A stretch of 63,932 bases of DNA, filler included, from Hyphochytrium catenoides (GCA_900088475.1; 10 parts of 10 records of this genome joined end to end with filler, not necessarily neighbours in it); one strand, 5' to 3'. Positions 11,017-24,030 are shown, counted from the whole stretch's first letter. Numbers and translations are program-made. The notes: generated from the sequence alone by a model not told the origin.

Positions 11017-13239
11017 TTACTCTTCGGCCCGAAGCTGCTCATAGAGGAGTGGAGGCACTAAGTGGGACTGCAAATAACCTTCAGGGGATGTGAAGTAGCT
11101 CTGAATCGCTCCCAGTCTTAGCCAACTGAGGTCAAAGAGAGTGTCCGAACGGTTCTGATGAACAAGGCTCACGGCGCTAACGATCAGCATCACCACGCAG
11201 AGCACATTGCTGATGATCTTCTCGGCTCTGTACTGACGGCCAGGAGCCAGTTTGGCAAGGAACAGAGAGGGAAAGAGGAAGCAGATAAGAGGACAGCAGG
11301 TGGCACCCAAAAAGCCCAGAACGGATGATATTTTCCGCGTAGAGAGAGCAAACAGGAGAGAGGTCACAAGGGTCCCTATCGAAAGGCCAACATGCCGCCA
11401 CCGGGTCATCTCTCTTCCGTCAAAGAGAATCTAGATAACACGTCCAGGTTAGAAGGGGCTGTAAGGTCCTTTTCTACAGAGAATAAAGGAGATGTACCTG
11501 GATTGTAAATGACAAGACGAAAGAGCACTTATATCAAAGCTCGTACAGTGGAGCAAGAGAGGAGAGGTGAGACAGCACACAGCACGTCAATAACAGCTTG
11601 GACAGAAGGGCAGGAGAGCATCGCAGGGTACAGGGAAGAGCAGTGGCAGGGCCGGTCATGCAAGATTAAGGAGGCGGCCAGCTAATGCGATGGCTAGCGC
11701 TCACCTACCTCGTTGAGTGACACTCTTAGCGAGTTGACCAGCAACGGCACGGTTAAGATGATAGCCGTACTGAGGCCGAAGCTACCAATAATCACTGCGA
11801 CATCTGAATGATAGTCATTGTGCAGAAAATTCTGATCCGTCAGGTCTCCAAAGGTGAAGATCACGAAGACGGAGACCAGCGCATAGATGATGGTGGAGAT
11901 GCAGATAGCGCGGAAATTCACCTAGAGGAGGAGTGAGTCACTCAGCGACAAATCCTAAAGAGAAGAGCTTGACTAGACTTGGTTGGCAGGTATGAGAAGT
12001 GCTAAAATTAAAGTATATAGTCCCAGAGGTACAATGACAGTTACCTTATCCATTCGCCGTCTGGACCGGTGGCGAAGTTCCGCATACACTGGCAGGACCT
12101 GAGAAAGCAAGGAGGGGGAAGCGTCAGGAGAGATTGGACGGAACAGCTGTCTTCGGAAAGGACATTGAGGGAAGGGAACAGTGCAAACACAAGCTGCCGT
12201 ACAATGGACCGAACAAGCTCTAGCAATCTCTATGGTAACGGAACTTACATTAGGGTGGCATGTATAGGAAGAGACCAACAATGGCACTGTCACAAGGAGC
12301 TGTGGGATTGAACGAGCATCAAGACAAGAAGGCGTTAAGCGATATGAAAGGGTAGTAAAGACCTCCACATCGTTGGCAATAACGGAGAACTGGACTTCAC
12401 TGATAAGTGTTGGCGAACGAGCAAGGCTCAATTGAGCTGCCTAGAGACAAGCTTCTTGTAGAGAGAATGAGACGAGAGGAGCGTACCACAGGTTGAAGAA
12501 GTACGTGGAGTGTCTGGAGAGAGCAAACCAAAAGTGGGTTGTTCATGACTTACTCTTTGTGGGTGCTTTGTGACCAATGTGGCGGAGCGGAGAGCCTCCA
12601 TAAAGCAAGGATTATAACCGAGGGAGCAAAACTCGAAGAACTTCACGATCACTACGAGGGTGAGGAAGCTCATACAGAAGATTGCGAGAAGAGAAGAGAA
12701 GCGAAGAGAGGACAGGTCGCGAAGAAGGGAGAGAGGCAAAGCCACTCCTACAGTTGCCATGACCATCACAGCGTCCCGATCACCAAAAGGATAGGTTTCT
12801 TTCTTAGCTAAGGTCTAACAGATAGAGTCAGATGGTTCTGTTAAGCTGTGGGAAGAGAACGAAGTAGAAGAGGCAAGAAGCGAACGGATAGGGAAAGAGA
12901 GAGGTTGTCCAAACAGGTAGACATAAGCAGAAAACGAGGAGGGAGAGATAATGTATAACAATCAGGCAAGGTCCCAGTCACCTGAACTGCAGCAGACAAG
13001 ACCTCTCCTACGCCCACAATATATGCAATGATAGCTCCATATAGAGTGACGCAGATGACTGCTTGGACTCCTATGGCGCCTCTGCAGTAATGTCGGGTAG
13101 AAGTTTAAGTAACAGTGCCTAAGCCTTGGCAAGAACAAGCAGCAAGCGAGCAGGAGGGAGAAAGAGTGAAGCCCTTTGCACAGAGAGTTCGCGAGAGCTC
13201 GAGAGAGGACACGATTCAAAAGAGTCGAGCTACCAAATC

Positions 13240-13273
<34 letters not shown>

Positions 13274-14124
13274 GAGAGAGAGGAGAGAGAGAGAGAGGAG
13301 AGAGCACAGACGGAGGGAGTATGTGAGATGCCTTACCTTACACCCAGAGTGTGCACGGCGAGCGAAGTGATGGAGAAAGTATGCGATAAGTCGCTGCAGA
13401 TGACGAAGATGTGTAAAGTGAAGTATGCCGCAAACGCCGCGAAGAGAAGTAGCAGAAGTCCCAATAGAAGGCCAGCCTAAGGAAGAATACTGTCAGTTCG
13501 GTGCTATAAGAGGTCGAGGGAGACTGCCTGCCATGAGGGAGTTCAGACTGATAAGAAAGAAATGAGAGAGAAAGCGCGCATCAAAGGATGATAGAGAAAG
13601 AGACACCAAAGGGAGAGAGATANNNNNNNNNNNNNNNNNNNNNNNNNNNNNNNNNNNNNNNNNNNNNNNNNGAAGAGCATGGAAAGTAAGGCAAAAAGAT
13701 CAGTCAAGGAGTCTGAGAGATGCGACGAGGGAGGGTTTGTCTGACATGAATGATGGCATAAGGCAGCGAAACCACTCCGATGCCGACAATGGTGGTCGTC
13801 AGATTAAACATAGAGCCTTTCTCTATATACAAGCGAGAAAGAGGTGATGCATTACGACCAGCAGCCAAGAATAGAAAGACAGAGGAGAATCGCAGTGACA
13901 TAAGGACAATTAGGAAGGCGCCAAAGAGAGGCAGCATTGACGGAGATTGCCTGACGAAGTAGAGGAGAGCTGAAAAGCGACAGGACTTGAAGCAGAGAAG
14001 AACAATGGATTTGGCTAGTGAGGGGTTGTAGCCCACCGGATCCACGTTCAAACCTCCTAGCCAGCCAGGCTCTCAGTCCTTGAGGTTCAGCTGCTCGATC
14101 GCTGGGTAGCAGAGCCTCCTCCAT
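11017..14124 (-). CDS. Amino acid transporter, SLC38/AAAP (Aa_trans) family, ~9 exons
   Basis: Motifs GSMFNLTTTIVGIGVVSLPYA, LPLSLLRDLSSLRFSS, SYTCHPNVLPVYAEL, TFGDLTDQNFLHND and VLGFLGATCCPLICFLFPSLF are joined by in-phase GT-AG introns. Confidence 0.92.
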
Positions 14125-16167
14125 GATCGGTGATCTTGGCTTTACACAGTGATGATAGAGAAGGGATCGGATACTATTTGACTTCTCAAAGCCTCATCAG
14201 AAGAAGGTACAATGACAGGAGAGGCAGTATTTTCACCCCGCTAAGAGCGGAGACAGAAGAGGTAGCCAGGACGGTTTCCTAGAATCCAAGGCGGCCTGTG
14301 GTTGCTCAGTGAAGGGACATCTCCTCCTTCATCGACTAACTATTGTGGGCGCTTGGGGGTACGTCTACCTGCGGCTTCTTTAACTCTCCGTGTGTCTCAT
14401 CTGCCTCTCTCCTTTCACCTCTCCCTCCAAGTTTGAGGCTCTTCCTCGCTCTCTTGCTGTCTGCGTCTCTTGACTCTGCCAGATGCTGCTGCTCCATCAT
14501 CCATCCTGCCATCATCATCGTCTTATCATCAAGGCATCAAGGAGCGCCAGCTCGGGCGGGCGGCAACAGTTGGCAAAACCTCAACTTGCAAAAACAATCA
14601 ATCTTTGTCTCCGTGGTCCAGGGGGGTGTCAGAAGCTTCGGATCCAAGTCTCCTATTTTCGTACAGTTTCGGCTCAAAGGGAGAGGCATATTCGACCAGT
14701 AGTAGTAGTTTTCATAGTGATAATTATCGGGAGAAGTCTTCCATGTCTTCGACGATTCCCTTCTTCTTCGTGATAGTGAATCCTTCTTCTTAGATCATCA
14801 TCAGGCTTCTCCTCCTCTTGGATTTGAAAGAGTTCCGAAAGCCCCGCCCGCCACCAAAAAGTATTGTCAACCCCTGCCAACAACAAACAGTAGGACTGGG
14901 GGAAAATGACAGCGTCGGTCGTAGCAAGATTTATTGAACCGTTGTTTTGTTGCGGTAGTAGCTCTACCTCCAGGAGGAGGAGCAAAAGGAGGTGGAGAAG
15001 TGCCATCTTTTATAAGTCACGTTTCTAGTGTATATTAAGACCTTATCTCCTTTCTTTCCTCATCAGTATTAGTTGATATTTATAATAGATATTCTCCTTC
15101 TTCTTCATTATAGTCGTCCTAATATCACTGGACGCTTACCACCGTAACTCTACTACTACCTCAAGGAACAAGAGTAGTAGGAGGAGAAGAGAAACAATTA
15201 GTAGGCCAGAAAGAGAAAAAAGAGGAAGGAAGCATCATGGAGCTCAATCGCCCGGCCAACCTCAGTGGCCCGAGAGGGATCGACAGAAAGTGGGTGCTGC
15301 GCTGCGCGGGGACATCGAGGCGGAGCGAGGAAGCGGGCGGCCGGGGGAGTTCATCTTCTTCAGTACTAATAATAATACGAAAGAGAGAAATTTCCTGATT
15401 CTCCTTTCGAATGAAATGACAACGGGAGAGATTATAGGAGCAGGGGCGGCGGCCGTAGCTGGAGGAGAAAAAGGAGAAGGAAGAAAAGAAAAAGAAGAAG
15501 AGAGCGGAGAAGAGTGGAAAGAAGAAGCAGGGAAATAGGGTGCCGAAGAAGGGGCCTCCAACCGGGAAACAACCATTCGGGCTGCCTCCTCGTGCAAAGC
15601 CAGGGACCTTGCCTGATCAAACGGTGTCTAAGAAAGAAGTGCACATGACATCGCGCTCAGCTGCGACCGTCGATCGGCTTGGGCTGGCAGCGCAGATGGT
15701 ATTGACAACAACAAAGCCCGCCACAGTAAGTAGTGGCCGGCCCTCGACGAATAGATAGATAGACTCCCCAACCAAAATAAGGAAGTCGACGAGCTGGTTG
15801 GCATTGCAGGCCGCCAGCATTATTTTATACTTATGGCGCTTCCGGTCCTCAACCGCAGCAATATAATATATGATATCCGGACCGATCCGCTGCTGCATAT
15901 CGAAGGGAAATTATTTATTGTTTGTGCAGAGGATGAATGACCATGATGATATCAAAGGCCGTGACTGGAGAATCGGCAGTGTATAGACAAAAGTAAGGAG
16001 AAGTTGAAATAGTACCGCTAACGGCCATTTCAAAGGCCGATAACGTCCATTATTATAGGGCCGTTACATAGATCTTGGTCCCTCTTCTCTTCTTTCTCTC
16101 GGCTCGTGGATGAGAGAGAAGGATCAGGGCTATGATGTGATGCAAGGTAGGGGCCAACGGTTGACAC

Positions 16168-16199
<32 letters not shown>

Positions 16200-17305
16200 N
16201 NNNNNNNNNNNNNNNNNNNNNNNNNNNNNNNNNNNNNNNNNNNNNNNNNNNNNNNNNNNNNNNGAGAGAGAGGAGAGAGAGAGAGAGATCTGCCGGAGCT
16301 GTCCAGGAGTCGAAGAGAAACGCTCATCAGGAGCCGCAGGTGGCAGGAGGAGAAAGCAAGAGAAGAAAGAGGAGGGTGAGAGACAGAGTGGCAACAAGAA
16401 GAGCTGTTGGTTGTCTAGTGTCATACTGCCTCTACCTTTTCTTCTTCTTCCACCTGCTCTTGTTGCCTCTTTTTCGTTTTGCTCCCTGGTGCTGCTGCTC
16501 GTTTTTATTGGCGGTTCTCTCGTACTATTTCCTCACTAGGACTGGTGCCACTTCTCTCTCCGTCCTGTCTGTCTCTCCTCTTAGTCCTCGTTCTATCATC
16601 CTTCCTCTCTCTCTCTCTCTGCTCTTCCCCGCGCGCCCTCTCTCTTCTTCTTGTTAAGTTATAATATTTTGTCTCTCTCCACTGGGACCCGCTCCACATC
16701 TCTTCTTTGGCAGTCTTGTGCTCTCTTCTTCTTCCTCCGCTTGTAAGGGCTAGCACACAAGGTATCTCTTCCCGTTCCTCCGCTCCGTAGGCGAAGTGGT
16801 TACTAGACGCATGAGTTCCTTCCCTTAGCTAAGTTCGTCCAAGAAGGACATTGGTGGCGCTAGAAGGAGTCCTGCATGCAGCCGGGTGACTGCTCCAGTG
16901 GCCGACGTGGACCGGCTCACGGTGCTCAATGCTGATCTCCTCTTAGTCGTCCTCGTCGACGAAGAAGAGGCGTTATTCTCATGTTAGGACAGGGACATCG
17001 TTTAGAGAGCAATCTTCATGATTGAGGTTGCCGCCCAAGGCATCTATGATGTCCTCTCAACTTCCAGTGTACCAGAGTCTCTTCAACCAGGGCCCATAAA
17101 GAGAGGGGTCCCTCCTCCTTCCGACCACCTTTCTCCTTTTCTTCTCTCTGTCCGTTGATGCTGTCCCCATAGTAGGCCATTTTAAGCTTCGATATAATTC
17201 CTCAAGACGGGAAGAAGAGAAGACAGCACAGGAGACAGAAGAAGAGACACGATAGAGCAGTTGGATACTGTCCAGCTCTGGGGCACCTCCTCCTCCCATA
17301 GATCG

Positions 17306-20300
17306 ATGACAGAGAGACGTCACAGCCAAAATGGCCAGAAAAATGAAGGCCCAGCACTGGTCTCTCCTCCTCCCTCTTCCTTCACTCATCTCCCCTCTTC
17401 CCCCTCCTCCCTTCCTGCGACAGAGAGTAGACCTCCCTGTTTCGTTGCCTCTCTCTGTCGAAGGATGTTAAAGGTGCTAAAAGAGGAAGAGAGAGGAAGA
17501 AGCCTCAAAGAGAGAGGAAAAAGGGTAGAGAGCCCATTTACTGGCGATGCTCTGCTAAAGCTCCACGACTTGGTCAGTCACAGAGTCCAGTTAGAGATAG
17601 CGAGGAGACAGACAAGGGGTGGTTCCCAGCCAAGTGGAGGAGGATGGTTGAGAGAGCGAAGAGGCAAGAAAGAGGCAGCAGGAAGCGGAACCCCTATCAT
17701 TCCTCTCACTGCGCAGATTCATCCTTCTTTACCATGTCTACCAGCAGGAGGAGGACCAGGAGGCTCATTCTTGCCGGCGGCTTCTCGTCTCTTTCCTCTC
17801 TCTCCTTCTCTGTCAGAGTCATCATCCTCTTCTGCGAAGACGCTCATCACGGGAGAGCAACCGCGGTCTGAGGCTACGGCAGGAGAGAAAAGAGTGAAAG
17901 AGGATGATGGCACTACTCCTTGTGATTTTAGTAGCAGCAGCAGGAAAGAGGAGGAGCCAGACGCAAAACAGAAGAAGGAAGAGGACACTAAGGCCAATCC
18001 TCTTCCTCCTCCTGTCCTTCAGACGTCTCTTTCAACCCTTCACCATTCAAGGCGACTCTCTTTGTCCTCATCGTCGGCCTCCAGCCCTTTGTCTAAACCT
18101 AACGCGCTTCCTGTTTCTCGTCGTTCTTTCTCTTCTCCGTCTCATCCTCCCGGGTCTTTGTTGCCTCCTCCTGTTAAATCAGACATCCTTCCTGGCTCCT
18201 CTCCTCCTGCTTCCCGTCTCTCTTTCTCTTCTTCTTCGCGTCCTACTCCCCGCCTCTCTTTCTCCGCGAGCGCTCCCTCTCCGGCGGGGCAGACTAATAA
18301 TACTGGCACACCTTCCATTGAAGGCCTTAGTAGCAGCAGCAGTCCGCCCCTCGCCCTCCAGACACCAGTGCAATGCACTGCTGGCACAGGTGATTCTGAA
18401 GGATTGGGAACCACTGTTTCCGCTTCTCTTCCCACTTCAATACCTCGTCCTCCGTCTCTGGCCGGTGGAGAAGGATGTACCAGAGAAGAAGAGAAAGGAG
18501 GAGAGGGTAGGCTACTGTCAAAAGGAGAAGAAGAGGGCACTGAAAAAGAGAAAAGGAGCGAGAAGAAGAGAGGAGAGAAAGGAGCTATGCGGAAGTGCTT
18601 GTTGGCGGTAACCCCAGTCTTCGTCCTGTCGGAGGATGAGCAGTCGAGGACGGTGCTAATGAAGCTGGTGGGAAGGAGAATGGTGAGCTCTTTGATAGGG
18701 ATGATCCGAGGAAGAAAGACATTTGCTTCCATTGGGCTTCTCGCTTCTTTGACGTCGTATCTCTTCTTGTTGCTGGCAGTGAAGGAGAATGACCTGTCTT
18801 ACGCCGCCGCATCTCTCTTCGGCACGCTAGTGAGTCTACTTCTCCACTGCGCGGTGGCTAACTTTAGACTCTTACGGTTCACTCTTACCATGTTCGATGC
18901 TGCCTTCCTCTCGATCCAGGTCTTATTCTTCAGTCTTGCTCTCTCTGCCATACTCTGTTCTACAATGGTAGGATATCTGTGTTCTCTCTCTCTCTTTCTC
19001 TCTCTTCTCCTGGACCTCTTCTACGACTGTCATCCTGCAAGGACTCGACGGTTTGCCGCCTGGGGCGTGTTGGCCGGCACACTCTGGACCCTGGTCATTC
19101 TCTGGGTCCTCCACCTCGAATTTCCTAAGCTAATGTGTGCTAGCCACTTGTTCGACCTTTCAGTCCCTGCCGTGGTGGTCCCGGGACCTTCAGGCGGGTC
19201 CATCTGGAGCTTCAGTCTCCATGAGTTCTGTCTTAACAGAGGATTCACCATCTTTGTGGTGAAGGTAAAGCTTAGCTATGTGGCCTTTAGACATCCTAAC
19301 GACTCCGCACTGATTAAAAGCAGAGTCACCATGCGCGCTATGGATGTGGCCTGTACCACCAAGGTTCTGTCTTCTTCCCCAACCTCTTCCCAGAAACCTC
19401 CTCTCTCTCCTACCTCTCGCTTTGGAATGGCCCCAACGCCAGTGAGAATGGACCAGAACGAGAAGAGCGTTAGTCAAGGCATCTTCTCTCTCTCAACGTT
19501 CGTGGCGGCAGACAGAAACACATATGAAGATTCCAGGAGCCTCTGTGAGGCTTTCTATCGTGCTCTTCTAGTGCTTCCTCCCACTTTCCAGCTGTCACAC
19601 TCTTCTTCTCCAAGTCTACCTCTCCCTCCTCTTTCTCAAACTTCAACGCCTTTATCGCCCTCTTCTTCTCCTACAAGTGAGGATGGCCAGGACAAGGGAT
19701 TGAAAAGAGATCAGAAGGTGAAGAAGAGCGAAGCAAACGCTAGAGCAGGAGATGAGGAAGGGATGCTCTTGGCAGATCTGATAGAGATAAAACTTCTTAT
19801 CTCTTCCCTACTACGTCCTTCTCGATCCTCCTTCGCCTCTGCGGGAGCCGGGGGAGCTTCCTCGCCCCGAAAGAAAAGCATCCATCAGCGCAACGGCAGC
19901 ACCAGCTCAGCTGTAGGTCTGCGAGAGCACGAGGAGAAGGAGGTTCAGGTCCTGGTGGCAGTGAGTCGCTTTGTAGAGTTTAACGAGGAAGAAAGCCATA
20001 AAACCTTGATGATGCAGGTCTTCGGCAAGCGGTTTACCTCTTTCTGGTTCCAAAAGAAGCTTCTCATCATTCCGTTGACATGGCTCGCCTACCTTGCTTT
20101 CAGTCTCCTAACCTTTGCCTTTGGCTTGGGCTGGACACCACCTACCAAGGCCACTGAACAGTTACTTAGCGCCCTCTTCACGGTCTCCAGTCCTGTCGTT
20201 GTGCTCTTTTACTGCTCTATTGCTAATCTGCGGGTGTTGAAGGAATGCTTTCGGACTTATGACAGCGCCATCTTCGTCGTTGAGGTTCTGATTGGCGTGC

Positions 20301-20722
20301 TCTGCTATGCTGTTATCGCGTGCTTTCGTGGGACAGCTATCTGTGTCGCGATCGCTTACTTTATCTCGTGCTCTTTGTTAGTCATTCTCGACTCCTGCCC
20401 GCCCCAGGCAAGGAAGAGGACGAGGGTGGGACTCTGTCTCTCGGTAGGGCTCATGACGACAGCATGGCTCTTCATCTTCTTCCGCCAGATCCCTTCTATG
20501 TGCTACTATCGCTTTGATTGGAGAGAAGGCATCTTGGTTCAAGATGCAGCTCCTACAACTCTAGGAGAAACGTCATGGAGTTTGAATCTGTACGATCTTC
20601 ATTTGAATCGCACGTTCACCGTCATTGTCTTCACGACCAAGTGGATGGTCTCCGCCTTCACAGACCCAAGCAGCTGTCTCACAATCAAGTCGCGAATGAG
20701 GCTGGTGGGAAGTCTGGACTAG
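17306..20722 (+). CDS. Intronless polytopic membrane protein with two homologous ~6-TM domains and long Ser/Pro-rich disordered regions
   Basis: 3.4-kb ORF (first ATG at 17306). Internal repeat: ANFRLLRFTLTMFDAAF / ANLRVLKECFRTYDSAIF; WSFSLHEFCLNRGFT / WSLNLYDLHLNRTFT; AFRHPNDSALIKSRV / AFTDPSSCLTIKSRM. Confidence 0.88.
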   Translation: MTERRHSQNGQKNEGPALVSPPPSSFTHLPSSPSSLPATESRPPCFVASLCRRMLKVLKEEERGRSLKERGKRVESPFTGDALLKLHDLVSHRVQLEIARRQTRGGSQPSGGGWLRERRGKKEAAGSGTPIIPLTAQIHPSLPCLPAGGGPGGSFLPAASRLFPLSPSLSESSSSSAKTLITGEQPRSEATAGEKRVKEDDGTTPCDFSSSSRKEEEPDAKQKKEEDTKANPLPPPVLQTSLSTLHHSRRLSLSSSSASSPLSKPNALPVSRRSFSSPSHPPGSLLPPPVKSDILPGSSPPASRLSFSSSSRPTPRLSFSASAPSPAGQTNNTGTPSIEGLSSSSSPPLALQTPVQCTAGTGDSEGLGTTVSASLPTSIPRPPSLAGGEGCTREEEKGGEGRLLSKGEEEGTEKEKRSEKKRGEKGAMRKCLLAVTPVFVLSEDEQSRTVLMKLVGRRMVSSLIGMIRGRKTFASIGLLASLTSYLFLLLAVKENDLSYAAASLFGTLVSLLLHCAVANFRLLRFTLTMFDAAFLSIQVLFFSLALSAILCSTMVGYLCSLSLFLSLLLDLFYDCHPARTRRFAAWGVLAGTLWTLVILWVLHLEFPKLMCASHLFDLSVPAVVVPGPSGGSIWSFSLHEFCLNRGFTIFVVKVKLSYVAFRHPNDSALIKSRVTMRAMDVACTTKVLSSSPTSSQKPPLSPTSRFGMAPTPVRMDQNEKSVSQGIFSLSTFVAADRNTYEDSRSLCEAFYRALLVLPPTFQLSHSSSPSLPLPPLSQTSTPLSPSSSPTSEDGQDKGLKRDQKVKKSEANARAGDEEGMLLADLIEIKLLISSLLRPSRSSFASAGAGGASSPRKKSIHQRNGSTSSAVGLREHEEKEVQVLVAVSRFVEFNEEESHKTLMMQVFGKRFTSFWFQKKLLIIPLTWLAYLAFSLLTFAFGLGWTPPTKATEQLLSALFTVSSPVVVLFYCSIANLRVLKECFRTYDSAIFVVEVLIGVLCYAVIACFRGTAICVAIAYFISCSLLVILDSCPPQARKRTRVGLCLSVGLMTTAWLFIFFRQIPSMCYYRFDWREGILVQDAAPTTLGETSWSLNLYDLHLNRTFTVIVFTTKWMVSAFTDPSSCLTIKSRMRLVGSLD

Positions 20723-21224
20723 TGGGAGGGTACTGGGTGGATAGGCTGAGCCAGGTAGGCCGACCGATTGGACCAAGAGTGAAACTGAAGACAGCAACAA
20801 GAGCAGAAGACGGGACAACGACGAAAGACCAGGCCGAGTGCGCCGGAGGTCGACGGACAGAAAAAAAAATCGCTTCACTGCGTCAATAAGCACCGGGTTC
20901 AGAATGGTCCTTTCCTTCTAGAACAGACAATGCGATCATAATAGGCGAGCAAGCCCGGAAAATATAGCATCGTCGTCGCGACCATGGGCTAAGTGACTGA
21001 CCCCTTGTGCGTGACGAGATGGCACTGAACGTGACGGATTAGAGTTGGTTCGGCAAAGTTTAAGCAAGGAAGGGCGTGTCGAAAGGCGTGCGAGTCAGAA
21101 ATGCGCAGACTCCTTATTGACCAAATGCTTGCCCATCATAGTGATGAGGGAGTAAGAAAGAGTGGCTCTAGGGTAGCAGTAGGCCGAGCGTCTCTCTTCT
21201 TGGTGCAACTCGCACAACTGTGCG

Positions 21225-23748
21225 TCAACTGCGCTCAGTTCTCTCCGTATCTTCTACAGCCCTCGCTAGCTGTGCCCGGACGGAGCTGAGAGCAAGAAGT
21301 AGCTAAAACGTTCAATGAGTGAGAAGGTTGATCCGTTTAGGAGACAAGAGGCACAGTTCGAACGTCTACTGAAAACCTCAGTAGAGAAGCCGATAGACGG
21401 AAGAATCATACCTCTTCCTCACATCGCGTTAAATAGTCCATGCTGGAGAGCAAATCAATAGACCCAATCAACTGCAAAGTTACAGAGGAATGTGCTCAGT
21501 ACCAGCAGATCGGTGGACAGATTATAGCATAAATGATGATGCAAATGATGATGCACAGGTTCCAAGATGAGTGCGCGAGAGAGAGACACAGAGAGAGAGA
21601 GAAGGGGGAGGGGGAGGAGAAAAGGAGAATGGACAGAAACAACAGGAAAGTGAGAAATGAAGAAAGACAGAGAGGCCACTTAGCTCTCATTGGAAAGCGC
21701 GCGCGACGTAGAAAAGAAAGCACCTGTCGCCAATCGTGGAGGAGATAGTTGATGTCAAAGTTATCGGCAGTGGTCTTGTCCTTTTCTATTGCTTCTTGTA
21801 TATCCTGTTCATCCATCTTCTGATGCGACGGTTCTCTTTTGTTCAATATCGTGCTCAGTGAAGGCGCTGCTGATAGGGCTCTTTCAGCTTCAAAGACCAG
21901 CAGACTGGCAAACTTTGGCGCCAGGGGCAACACGTCGGCAAGGAGACGAAAGAGCGGCAGCGCATTAGAGGATAGAGTAGGCTAGGGAAAGCGGAATGGA
22001 ATCCTTATACCTCTTTAAGGTCCATTCCCGTGTTGCATCGCATTATTAGCTGGCACTAGACCGTCAACGCCGCACAAACAAAGACCGGAGCATGGATGAA
22101 AGCGGTGTAAATAGCCCGCTTTAGGTCAAACAGATACAACAGCATCCGTGAGAAAACAAGCCTCTTACTTGCTCCAACCATTCGTTTAACGAATCCTCTT
22201 GACTGCGAAGATGTGAGAAGCGAGTTCAGGACAAGCTCAGATGTCGCGTGGATCCGAAAGAGCAGGGAGGAGAGAGAGAAGGGGAGAGAGAGCGAGAGTG
22301 ATTGAAGAAAGCCTCCTGGTCTCGTCAACTAGGCCGAGAAGGAGGATAGAGTCAAGAGGGCCACGCACCGGCAGTCCCATATCTCTCTTTCTACCGCTTG
22401 AAGTTCCGAAAGCAGGAACTTCGAGACCTGGTAAGAGGATAGTAAAGATGGAACAAGGGAGAGGGGTGATGAGGCGCTAAAAGAAAGGGCAGCTAAGACC
22501 CACGCGTGCTTTATCTCTTGTCTTCTACCTCTACAATGGAGGATCCATTGAACCAGTTGTGGTTGATAGAGATGCAGTCAGTCAGATTGACCACCTGTTA
22601 TCAGCAAACCACAGATAGATCACCTCGTTATAACGTGCAGAGGAATGTAGACGAATGGCAGATAGTTGCGGACACCGCGGCTAGAAAGTGCAGAAACATA
22701 GCATAACGAGAGAGGTACGACAAGGTGGCTAGGAGAGACACGCAAAGAAGGGAGAGAGAGAGAGTAACCAAAATCCGAGGAGCTCCAATGCGTCTCTGAG
22801 AACTACCTGATGATACCAGCCGCTAGGGACAAAGATTGCCGTACCAGGACGCTAAGGGATCAGAACAGAGGAGTCAATAATGGGTTAGAGTTTGCTGAAT
22901 CCTAAGTGAAGAAAGATCCCCGGGGACTAGACTCACTTGTTGAAGCACCACCTTCCTCGCAGTAGAAAAAGAAGGGAAAGCCTCTCCATACACCGATGGC
23001 GGTAGACGGATGTCCGGTACTGTTCGACGGCCTAATCTGTCCTTCAACTTCTCTTCCTAACGTGTCCGTGACCGCGGGCCCCGAGAGGTAAAGATAGAGT
23101 GAAGAGTCAAAGTCTATAGCATGAGAAATAAGGGTCCAGGCGTGGTCTTGGTACCTCTGATGGTGGGAATAGAGTCCACTCCTTTATCCCGCAGATGTTA
23201 ATGGACCAGCTTGAAGAGAGAAGGACGCCGAATAGTCAGAAAGAGGAGATAACCCCTATCAAGCCCTTTTGACCTCGTCGTCTATTGTTAGAACTCATTG
23301 CGAACCCTCTACTCCACATACGCACACTCTCTCTCTCTCTCTCTTTTTCTGTCAGTATGAGTGACTCTGAAGCTCCTCTGTGGCTTCTTCACGCATAACA
23401 GACGAGGATCTCCGTTCGGTTCTCCCCTGTACTCACCTGTTCGACTTGAACACGTCGTGATGCAACGGAGTCCAGGTGCCCTAAAAGGAGCAAATACATA
23501 AGAACTGAAGACCACGAGAAAGGGGAGAGAGCTATGTATACCGAAAAGAGGAGAGAAGAGACATTCAGGGAGTTAGCACGACAGCGACAGTGCTAGAATG
23601 TCCTCATAGTGTTGTCGAGAAGGGTGAAGCAGAAGGGCGAACAAAGACGCAGACAAGAACGATATGAGCCCAGTGAGAGAGCCTTGGACTGACCTTCGGA
23701 CCCATGTAGACGAACTTGTAGTCATCTCGTCCTTTGCGCTCCCACCAT
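21225..23748 (-). CDS. JMJD4: JmjC-domain 2OG/Fe(II) oxygenase JMJD4, 5'-truncated by scaffold end
   Basis: Exons: WWERKGRDDYKFVYMGPK|GTWTPLHHDVFKSNS|WSINICGIKEWTLFPPSE|...|RPGTAIFVPSGWYHQ|VVNLTDCISINHNWFNGSS...|VSKFLLSELQAVEREIWDCR|...|CQLIMRCNTGMDLKE. The HxD...H iron triad and the JMJD4-type C-terminal block are present. Confidence 0.9.
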
Positions 23749-23930
23749 CTGCCGTAGGCGAGAACGTTGAATAAGAAACAAACAGAGACAGCGATGAAGG
23801 ACTGTGAGGTTTGTCCGAGTTCATTATCGCGGTTGTCTCTCTCCGCTTCTTTCTCTCTCTCGCCCTCTCTCTCTCTCTCTCTCCCTCTCTCAGTCTCTCA
23901 CTCTCTCCCTTTCACCCCTCTCTCTCTCTC

Positions 23931-24030
23931 NNNNNNNNNNNNNNNNNNNNNNNNNNNNNNNNNNNNNNNNNNNNTTAATTAATTAANNNNNNNNNNNNNN
24001 NNNNNNNNNNNNNNNNNNNNNNNNNNNNNN
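23931..24030. other. Artificial scaffold linker
   Basis: N44-TTAATTAATTAA-N44 (six-frame stop), exactly 100 bp. Confidence 0.97.

Noticed and set aside
23975-23986. Recurrent TTAATTAATTAA palindrome (9 copies) as a biological repeat or recombination site
   Set aside because: Always centred in exactly 44+44 Ns; it is a synthetic six-frame-stop contig linker.
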